Positions 25,335-32,000 of a stretch of DNA of 32,000 nucleotides are shown here, piece after piece (position 1 is the first letter of the stretch; every line of letters starts with the position of its first letter). Below the pieces are notes generated by a model. It ran no database searches. It was not told the DNA's origin and saw only the letters and a list, made by a program, of their open reading frames with translations. A program made the position numbers and the translations under genes. Origin of the DNA: Candidatus Nanobsidianus stetteri (lineage in GTDB: Archaea > Nanobdellota > Nanobdellia > Nanobdellales > Nanobdellaceae); NCBI GenBank assembly GCA_000387965.1, contig APJZ01000003.1, forward strand, positions 1-32,000. The letters are read 5' to 3'.

Positions 25335-26351
25335 ATGAATGATATTGAAATGCTTAATTTTTTTAAATTAAAAGACAATCCTTTTAAATTAGAGGTGATT
25401 TTAGAAACTTTTGTTGGATATAATTTAGAAAGAACAAAATTATTAAATTCAATAAATAATAAAGAAAAGATTATTTTAGTTTCTGGTCCTACAGGAGCAG
25501 GAAAAACAACATTATTATTATGGATATATAATAATCTTAAAACAAAGAATAAAGTATATATTTATAGACCTTTTGAAAAAATGGAAGAATTTGAAAAATA
25601 TTTTATTGAAAAATTATCCTTTTTTGAAAGAATAATATATAAATTTAAGAAATTCAACATAGTAGAATATTTAAATAAGAAAAATCTAATAATATTTTTA
25701 GATGAAGCCACATTTTGTGATGATAATATTTTAGAATGGATAAAAGTAATATCTGATCAAACAAATTGTACATTTATATTAGCTGGCTTACCAGAACTTG
25801 AAGAAAGATTACTAAAACAACATAGAACATTATATGAAAGAATTATAACAAAAATATATTTAAAATCTCTTGATCCTGAAAGTGGTAAATTATTAATTAA
25901 AAAAAGATTAGAACTTGCAGGTAATCCCAATTTATTTACAGAAGATGCAATAGAAGAAATATACAATTTATCTGGAGGCTTACCAAGGGAAATATTAAAA
26001 TATTCTTATGAGGCATTATTAATTGCATATAGAGAAAAGAAAAATATTGTTGATAAAGATATTGTTGAAAAAATATATGAAGCAAAGAAACCTCCAACAG
26101 ATTTATTAAAATTAACAGAAAAACAAAGATATATAGTAGAATTAATAACAAAATATGGCCCAAAAACAGTAAATGAATTATTAAAATTATTCAAAGAAAG
26201 ATATTCTGACACAACAATTCATGCAATATCAAATATATTAAAAAGAATGACCGAAAGTAAAATATTGATCAGGACAAAGGTAAAAGGTAAATTTATATAT
26301 GATGTTGTACCCGCAATAAAGGATTATTTCATAAGAGAAATAAATAAATGA
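25335..26351 (+). CDS. AAA+ ATPase with C-terminal winged-helix domain (ExeA/Orc1-Cdc6-like)
   Basis: 338 aa. It has Walker A LVSGPTGAGKTTLL, Walker B LIIFLDEA and a sensor-2-like SGGLPREIL. The C-terminal LTEKQRYIVELITKYGPKTVNELLKLF...ILKRMTESKILIR looks like a wHTH. Confidence 0.7.
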   Translation: MNDIEMLNFFKLKDNPFKLEVILETFVGYNLERTKLLNSINNKEKIILVSGPTGAGKTTLLLWIYNNLKTKNKVYIYRPFEKMEEFEKYFIEKLSFFERIIYKFKKFNIVEYLNKKNLIIFLDEATFCDDNILEWIKVISDQTNCTFILAGLPELEERLLKQHRTLYERIITKIYLKSLDPESGKLLIKKRLELAGNPNLFTEDAIEEIYNLSGGLPREILKYSYEALLIAYREKKNIVDKDIVEKIYEAKKPPTDLLKLTEKQRYIVELITKYGPKTVNELLKLFKERYSDTTIHAISNILKRMTESKILIRTKVKGKFIYDVVPAIKDYFIREINK

Positions 26352-27268
26352 AGTGTAATTTTTGTAATAATAATGCAGTATATAAAGATATTGATGGAAA
26401 TTTTTATTGTAGGGATCATTTTATAAAATATTTTGAAGAAAAAACAATAGATACAATTGAGAAATATAAATTGATAAAATCTGGAGAAAGAGTTGGTGTT
26501 GGAGTTTCTGGAGGAAAAGATTCAAACGCATTATTATTTTTCTTAAATAAATATAAAGAATATTTTAACATTGAAGTTTTTGGAATTCATATTGATGAAG
26601 GAATAAAAGGTTATAGGGATAAGGATACAGAAAAGTTATTGGAAATTTCAAAGAAATATAATTTAAATGTAAAAATATATAGATTCTCTGAATATTTTAA
26701 TATTAGATTAGATGAGGCAGTAAAAATATCGAAAGAATATAAATCATGTACAATTTGTGGCGTATGGAGAAGGTGGTTAATGTGGAAAGCTGCAAAAGAT
26801 TTAAATTTGGATAAATTTGCAACTGCACATAATTTAAATGATGAAGTGCAAACAATTCTAATGAATATTTTTGAGGGAAATTTAAAGGATTTATTAAAGG
26901 AAGGTCCATATGTAGGAATAGTTGAAGGAGATTTTATTCCCAGAATTAAACCTTTCTATTTCAATACAGAAAAAGAAAATCTACTTTATTCAATATTAAA
27001 TAATTTAGAACCACCTTTTGGAGAATGTCCTTTCATTGTTGGAGAATTTAGAGATATAATTAGATCAAAATTATATAAGTTAGAAGATAAATATCCTGGA
27101 TTTCATAAAAATTTCTTGAGAAATATTTTAGAAATAATATATAAAGCTAAAAACGATTATAAAATGAGGAATAAAATAAGATTAAGAAAATGTAAAATTT
27201 GTGGATATCCAACTACTAGAGAAATATGTAGAGCATGTGAAATAAAATTAAGAATAAACAATATTTAA
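26348..27268 (+). CDS. PP-loop tRNA 2-thiolation enzyme (TtuA / Ncs6-NcsA family)
   Basis: 306 aa. It has an N-terminal Zn finger (CNFC...CRDH), the PP-loop VSGGKDS, the cluster cysteines CTICGVWRR and GECPF, and a C-terminal Zn finger (CKICG...CRAC). Its ATG overlaps the upstream stop (ATGA). Confidence 0.85.
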   Translation: MKCNFCNNNAVYKDIDGNFYCRDHFIKYFEEKTIDTIEKYKLIKSGERVGVGVSGGKDSNALLFFLNKYKEYFNIEVFGIHIDEGIKGYRDKDTEKLLEISKKYNLNVKIYRFSEYFNIRLDEAVKISKEYKSCTICGVWRRWLMWKAAKDLNLDKFATAHNLNDEVQTILMNIFEGNLKDLLKEGPYVGIVEGDFIPRIKPFYFNTEKENLLYSILNNLEPPFGECPFIVGEFRDIIRSKLYKLEDKYPGFHKNFLRNILEIIYKAKNDYKMRNKIRLRKCKICGYPTTREICRACEIKLRINNI

Positions 27269-27341
27269 AAATATTTTATAGTAATTTTATTATGATTATA
27301 ATTATAGAAATATTTAAAAATATTTAATTCTTTTTATATCC

Positions 27342-28601
27342 ATGAGTAATTATATGTCTTGTCTAGATGAAAAAAGTTATTATGATTATTTTCAATGTAT
27401 TAGAAATTATGTAAATTCTAAGAATTCATTTAAAGGAGCTTCTTATATTATAAAAACAAATTCAGGAACTGAAACAATATCAAAATATTTAATATTTTAT
27501 AAAATTTATGGACATGCAATATTAGGACATCATAATTTACTAGATTTACCAGAAAATTCATATCTTATAGTATTATTAGAGAAGGAAGATGATGTTATAG
27601 AATATATTAAAGAGATTGGAAAAAGGAGACAAGATATATATGTTTTTGATTACTATTTGAGAACAAAAATTCCCGAATCTATTTTGTTAAGAAATTCAAA
27701 AAATCCTGAAGATATTAAAAAATTGATAGAAGCCAGACCATATGGTTTTAAAACAAAAAGAGATATAGAAAAATTAAAGAAGAGCTTAGATAAAAGACTT
27801 GTAGATATTTTTTATGTTCCATTATCTCTATCACTCATACTATTACTTAAAAATCCAGAATATTTTCCAAATATATATTATATAAGTAAACTTTATACTA
27901 TAAATACTCCTTATGTATTTAAAATATTATTAGGAACTTCTGATATTATCAAAGAACCTGTAAAGTTATTTAATGATAATTTAAATTTTCTTTCAATTAT
28001 AGAATTTGAAAAATATCCTACAATAGAACCTTATTCATTAGGTCTAAATTATAATTTTGAATTAAATTATGAAAATCTCAATAAATTTGAAATACAAATA
28101 AAGTTTGATGAGTTTAGACATAGATTTTATGATTCTATCATAAAAACATCAAAAGCAATTTCAACTTTAAAGTTTTCTCCAGCAGATATAGAACCATACC
28201 AAATTGTAATGAAGAATGGTAAGGTTATATTTATAGATATTGCATCTGGAAACATAGTACCAATAAGTCAAAAAGGATTGGAGAAAATTATAGTTAGGGC
28301 TATTAAAGATATGATAGAAGGAATTAAAGAATCTCCATTATTAAAACATTGTACAAAAAAAGAAAATTATGTTATTTGTAATGAAAAAATAAAAGATTCC
28401 GAATTACATAAAATATTTGTGAATGATATAGAAAGATACTTATTTTATAATAATAGAACTGATAATTTAATTAGAAATATTAAAATTGGTGCTCAGAGAT
28501 TGGATGATATAATTATACAATATAAAGATGATGAGTTTGAAGAAAATAGAGAAATCTTATTAGGGACAACAGGCTTATACTTAGGAAGTCTTACTAATTA
28601 G
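27342..28601 (+). CDS. hypothetical protein
   Basis: 419 aa with an ATG start and cytosolic composition. No motifs recognised. Confidence 0.6.
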   Translation: MSNYMSCLDEKSYYDYFQCIRNYVNSKNSFKGASYIIKTNSGTETISKYLIFYKIYGHAILGHHNLLDLPENSYLIVLLEKEDDVIEYIKEIGKRRQDIYVFDYYLRTKIPESILLRNSKNPEDIKKLIEARPYGFKTKRDIEKLKKSLDKRLVDIFYVPLSLSLILLLKNPEYFPNIYYISKLYTINTPYVFKILLGTSDIIKEPVKLFNDNLNFLSIIEFEKYPTIEPYSLGLNYNFELNYENLNKFEIQIKFDEFRHRFYDSIIKTSKAISTLKFSPADIEPYQIVMKNGKVIFIDIASGNIVPISQKGLEKIIVRAIKDMIEGIKESPLLKHCTKKENYVICNEKIKDSELHKIFVNDIERYLFYNNRTDNLIRNIKIGAQRLDDIIIQYKDDEFEENREILLGTTGLYLGSLTN

Positions 28602-28631
28602 TTTTTAAAATTTTCTATAATTCAAAAAAAT

Positions 28632-29048
28632 ATGAATAATATAGATATAATAAAGGAATTTTTGTATACTCTTTTAATATTATTTTCTGTAGAAACATTT
28701 TTAGACTTAATATCATTCATTATATATCCATCAATTTTTCCAAATTATATTAATATTTCTGTTGAAATTTTCTTATTTATAATTTTTCTATTATCAATAT
28801 TTTCAATTTATTTAATAAGAAAGGATAATTTATATGGTTATATAATTTCATTATTTATATCAATATTAATTCTTTTTTCAGCTTTTACATTAAATTCTAA
28901 TGATATAATAGATATAGCGGTGAGAAATGTAGCATCTAATTACGGTATATATCCAAATCCGATAATATTGTTTTTTGGCATTTCAATATTTTTAATAAGT
29001 ATAAGAAAAATTATTCAATTAAGAAAAACTAAAATTTCTTCAACTTAG
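28632..29048 (+). CDS. small membrane protein, unknown function
   Basis: 138 aa with about 4 hydrophobic helices. Its 3' end overlaps the convergent rpo10 gene by 20 nt. Confidence 0.55.
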   Translation: MNNIDIIKEFLYTLLILFSVETFLDLISFIIYPSIFPNYINISVEIFLFIIFLLSIFSIYLIRKDNLYGYIISLFISILILFSAFTLNSNDIIDIAVRNVASNYGIYPNPIILFFGISIFLISIRKIIQLRKTKISST

Positions 29049-29226
29049 CAATTATTTCTATTTGTTGAACGTGTCCTAGAAATATTTGTCTACAACAAGC
29101 TCTTTCCAATCCTAGTTCATCTAAAGCTTCCTTCATTGTTTTACCTTCATTTAATAATTTAATATATCTTTCATATAAATGTCCAATTGGTTTTCCACAT
29201 GTAAAACATCTAATAGGTATTATCAT
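29029..29226 (-). CDS. rpo10: DNA-directed RNA polymerase subunit N (Rpo10)
   Basis: 65 aa. [21 protein letters not shown]...[20 protein letters not shown] is the classic RpoN/Rpb10 zinc-bundle signature. Confidence 0.9.
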   Translation of the reverse strand: MIIPIRCFTCGKPIGHLYERYIKLLNEGKTMKEALDELGLERACCRQIFLGHVQQIEIIAKLKKF

Positions 29227-29258
29227 AGTATTAGAATTTTCACAACATTTTTATAAAT

Positions 29259-30461
29259 CTATGCATTTGCGACTATCTGAATCACATCTCTATGTTTTAA
29301 TATATAATCCTTTCCTAAGAATTTTCTTGTCCTTACATCTATAGCTCTTACAAAATTCTTTGCCAAATCAGAATGTATTTTATTTGCAAAATCTATTACA
29401 GTACTCTCTGGAGGCATTAAAAAACAATCTGGCAATATTCTTCCTTCCTTATCTGCTAAGGAATCCACACCTCCAGGAAATACTGCTACATATTTTAAAA
29501 CATCAAATACAGTTATATCTAAAATATTTTGAACACCAGTACTTCCAAATTCTTTAAATATATAATTTTCAATAAATTCTAAAGCTTTCTTTTCTTTATC
29601 ATTTAAATCTCCCTTAATTTCAAAATAATTTTCCCCAGGTATATAAAATATCTTTCCCTGTTTATCCAATTCTTTTAATATTAATTCTGCATAACCTGAT
29701 GTAGGTATTATAACTTTATCTGGATATTCTTTCTTTAATCTTTCCAGATTTTTCTTTGCAATATCTATATTTATATCTACCCTATTTGCGGCAATAACAA
29801 TTGGTTTTGCTATTTTTCTAATTTTAGATGCAAGCTCGAATAATCTTTTATCATCATTTATTATATCATAATCTTCTTGACTAATTTTTAATTCATTAAA
29901 TGCTTTTGACACATGTTCTTCTTTAACATTTAATCCAGAAATTAATTTTGCCAATTCTTTATCTAATTGTAAATGTTCATTTTTTATTTTTCTTATATTC
30001 TTTTCCAGATTTTTCTTTATTATACCATAAAACCACCAATCTATTTCTTCTTCATACCATTTTACATCCTTTATCGGATCATAATTTCCAGGACCAATAT
30101 ATTGTCCCTCCTCATTTGTTGAACCTGAAATATCTATTACATGTATCAATGCATCTGCCTGTCTTACATCATCTAAAAATTTATTACCTAAACCTCTACC
30201 TTCATGTGCACCAGGAACTAATCCTGCTATATCTAATATTTCTATTGGAACAAACCTATATTTTCCCTTTATAAAACCATACCTTGGGTTTGATTTAACA
30301 TTAAATTCTGGTCCTACATCTTCTACTCTAACATACCCATAACCTTTATTTGGTTCTATTGTAGTAAATGGATAATTTGCAATTGCAACATCTTGTAATG
30401 TCATTGCTTTAAACATAGTAGACTTTCCAACATTTGGTTTTCCAGTAATACCTATTTGCAT
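29259..30461 (-). CDS. Obg-like GTPase/ATPase, YchF/Ygr210 subfamily with C-terminal TGS-like domain
   Basis: 400 aa. It has G1 GITGKPNVGKST, YPFTTIEPNKG, G3 DIAGLV and G4-like AANRVD. The C-terminal LKHRDVIQIV is TGS-like. Confidence 0.85.
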   Translation of the reverse strand: MQIGITGKPNVGKSTMFKAMTLQDVAIANYPFTTIEPNKGYGYVRVEDVGPEFNVKSNPRYGFIKGKYRFVPIEILDIAGLVPGAHEGRGLGNKFLDDVRQADALIHVIDISGSTNEEGQYIGPGNYDPIKDVKWYEEEIDWWFYGIIKKNLEKNIRKIKNEHLQLDKELAKLISGLNVKEEHVSKAFNELKISQEDYDIINDDKRLFELASKIRKIAKPIVIAANRVDINIDIAKKNLERLKKEYPDKVIIPTSGYAELILKELDKQGKIFYIPGENYFEIKGDLNDKEKKALEFIENYIFKEFGSTGVQNILDITVFDVLKYVAVFPGGVDSLADKEGRILPDCFLMPPESTVIDFANKIHSDLAKNFVRAIDVRTRKFLGKDYILKHRDVIQIVANA

Positions 30462-30495
30462 TATAATTTAATAACTAGAATCTTTTTAAAATAAA

Positions 30496-30570
30496 TAGCG
30501 GGGGGAGGATTTGAACCTCCGACCTGGGGGTTATGAGCCCCCCGGGCACTCCTGGCTGCCCTACCCCGCT
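30496..30570 (-). tRNA. tRNA-Met (anticodon CAU), initiator type
   Basis: 75-nt cloverleaf: AGCGGGG/TA/GGGC-AGCCAGGAGT-GCCC/G/GGGGG-CTCATAA-CCCCC/AGGTC/GGAGG-TTCAAAT-CCTCC/CCCCGCT/A. The A1:U72 pair and all-G:C anticodon stem are archaeal initiator hallmarks. Contiguous, no CCA. Confidence 0.9.
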
Positions 30571-30607
30571 ATATTAAATAAATAATTATCAAAAAATATA
30601 AAAAAGG

Positions 30608-30898
30608 TTACTGTTTTTTAACAAGTACAATTTCTATACTTGATATTCTTCTCTTTTTACCAGTTTGATCTACTTGTCTTTCTTCAGAATCTATACTTAT
30701 ACTTTTTATATCAACTTGTCCAGCCATAAATTTCTTTCTTACTACTTCTGCTACATCTACTGCTCTAGATATATATCTTCCCCTTGCCTTTATTACAACT
30801 TCTTTTGCATCCTGGCTTGTAAATTGCATTGCTACAGCTGTTACATAGTTCATAAATGGCTTATTTCCTATATATATTATTGTTTGTTCTGCCATCAT
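30608..30898 (-). CDS. albA: Alba (Sac10b) DNA/RNA-binding chromatin protein
   Basis: 96 aa. IYIGNKPFMNYVTAVAMQF....AKEVVIKARGRYISRAVDVAEVVRKKF matches the Alba fold signature. Confidence 0.9.
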   Translation of the reverse strand: MMAEQTIIYIGNKPFMNYVTAVAMQFTSQDAKEVVIKARGRYISRAVDVAEVVRKKFMAGQVDIKSISIDSEERQVDQTGKKRRISSIEIVLVKKQ

Positions 30899-31089
30899 GA
30901 GCTTTGTAATTTTTTAATTTGCCTTGTTATATATCCAGCCAACATATTTCTTAATCTTTTTGATGGAACTTCAGCCACAACTTCTAATATTTTTACATTT
31001 TTCTTATAATCTGTAGTAAATAGATTGGAATATTTTTCTAATATTTTATTAGCTTCTCTTCTAAATTTACCATGAAGGATTCTACCCAT
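30895..31089 (-). CDS. rps17e: 30S ribosomal protein S17e (eS17)
   Basis: 64 aa. MGRILHGKFRREANKILEKY...SKRLRNMLAGYITRQIKK fits the S17e pattern. Its stop overlaps the Alba start (ATGA). Confidence 0.85.
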   Translation of the reverse strand: MGRILHGKFRREANKILEKYSNLFTTDYKKNVKILEVVAEVPSKRLRNMLAGYITRQIKKLQSS

Positions 31090-31142
31090 AATTCTTTATT
31101 ATAAAAAATAAATTTATAAAAAGATAGTAAACTATAATAAAA

Positions 31143-31658
31143 ATGAAGGCAGGAAAACAGCCTCCAGAGGATATAAATGTATTCATAGAAATACCAAAGG
31201 GTAGTAATATAAAGTATGAATTCGATGAAGAAGAGAAAGTAATAAAAGTAGATAGAATATTATATACCGCAATGTTTTATCCATTTAATTATGGATTTAT
31301 ACCAGAAACTTTAGAAGAGGATGGAGATCCATTAGATGCTTTAGTTATTACATATGAATCATTCATTCCTGGAGTATTAATAAGGGCAAGACCAATTGGT
31401 GTATTGGTAACAGAAGATGAGGAAGGAGTTGATAGAAAAATAATTGCAGTACCACATGAAAAAATAGATCCAAGATTTTCAAATATAAAAGATATAAAAG
31501 ATTTACCAGAAGCAATATTAAATCAAATAAAACATTTCTATGAACATTATAAAGAATTGGAACCTGGAAAATTTGTTAAAGTTAAAGAATTTAAAGGAAA
31601 GGAAGAAGCATTAAAGATAATTAATGAGGCTATAGGTAGATTTAAAAATAAGAAATAA
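31143..31658 (+). CDS. ppa: inorganic pyrophosphatase (family I)
   Basis: 171 aa. It has [48 protein letters not shown] and DRKIIAVP. Confidence 0.95.
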   Translation: MKAGKQPPEDINVFIEIPKGSNIKYEFDEEEKVIKVDRILYTAMFYPFNYGFIPETLEEDGDPLDALVITYESFIPGVLIRARPIGVLVTEDEEGVDRKIIAVPHEKIDPRFSNIKDIKDLPEAILNQIKHFYEHYKELEPGKFVKVKEFKGKEEALKIINEAIGRFKNKK

Positions 31659-31664
31659 TAAATA

Positions 31665-31670
31665 TTTTTT
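31665..31670 (+). terminator. oligo-T after ppa
   Basis: A TTTTTT run starts 7 nt after the ppa stop codon. Confidence 0.4.
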
Positions 31671-31671
31671 A

Positions 31672-31720
31672 GTGAAGAAGCATTACGCTTCTGAAAGATG
31701 ATGAAAAAATATTTTTCTGA
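31672..31720 (+). ncRNA. candidate C/D-box sRNA with one variant C box
   Basis: C-like GUGAAGA 31672-31678; 12-nt guide AGCAUUACGCUU; D' CUGA 31691-31694; spacer AAG; C' AUGAUGA 31698-31704; 12-nt guide AAAAAUAUUUUU; D CUGA 31717-31720. The box spacing is exactly canonical. The second guide is low-complexity. Confidence 0.55.
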
Positions 31721-32000
31721 TGATAATTAAAAAGAGTTTTGAAGAACATTTTAAAGAATTATTAGGAGATAAATATGAATTGTTTTTGGAATGGTCTTTT
31801 AAATTATTAAAGAAATCTATAAGAATTAATACAATAAAAGTAAAAGATAATATAAATTTTGAAAACTTAAAAGAAATATTATTATCAAAACAGGATCATT
31901 TAAAAGAAAAAGAATTAAAAGAAATATTCGAAAAAATTGATAATTTATATAATTTAAAGCAAAATCCTTTTAATTTAAATATAAATGCAAAAGAAGTATT
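31720..32000 (+). CDS. NOL1/NOP2/Sun-family RNA m5C methyltransferase (aTrm4-like), N-terminal part, truncated by window end
   Basis: The open frame from ATG 31720 runs off the window and is not in the track: MIIKKSFEEHFKELLGDKYELFLEWSFKLLKKSIRINTIKVKD.... The F..ELLG..YE.FLE......SIR(V/I)NT(L/I)K signature is typical of the N-terminus of archaeal NSUN/Trm4 proteins. Confidence 0.6.
   Translation, partial: MIIKKSFEEHFKELLGDKYELFLEWSFKLLKKSIRINTIKVKDNINFENLKEILLSKQDHLKEKELKEIFEKIDNLYNLKQNPFNLNINAKEV

Noticed and set aside
25335-28601. ATPase + PP-loop protein + unknown protein as a QatABCD-like (QueC-associated) defence system.
   Set aside because: The PP-loop protein has the full TtuA/Ncs6 architecture (two Zn fingers, SGGKDS, the CxxC...C cluster ligands), not a QueC-like one. 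No TatD-type nuclease is present. tRNA thiolation is a core function expected in a minimal archaeal genome.

Overview
This is a very AT-rich (about three quarters A+T by eye), extremely compact archaeal chromosome segment. It holds about 38 protein genes, 4 GC-rich tRNA genes and 2 candidate C/D-box sRNAs, and neighbouring genes often overlap by 4-20 nt. Most content is information-processing housekeeping: family-B DNA polymerase, GINS, RtcB, EndA, TmcA, a TtuA/Ncs6-type thiolase, a RumA-like m5U methyltransferase, Pelota, aIF2-alpha, Nop10, L44e, S17e, Rpo10/N, Alba, SufB, pyrophosphatase and a YchF-like GTPase. Three things point to a hyperthermophilic Nanoarchaeota-like (DPANN) genome, as an inference: a stand-alone reverse-gyrase helicase half, the contrast between AT-rich coding sequence and GC-rich RNA genes, and the degree of compaction. 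The accessory-looking content comprises: (1) three archaellin / type-IV-pilin-like genes (605-3856); (2) a second surface-protein cluster with an A24 prepilin-peptidase-like gene (12940-17341); (3) a pair of coiled-coil proteins coupled to PolB; (4) a helically phased TTAA/TGTTAA array (7776-7918). The last of these is the least explained signal in the window. Two genes lie outside the ORF track: a 58-aa Nop10 gene and a window-truncated NOL1/NOP2/Sun-type methyltransferase gene. No CRISPR array, mobile element or recognisable defence system was seen.
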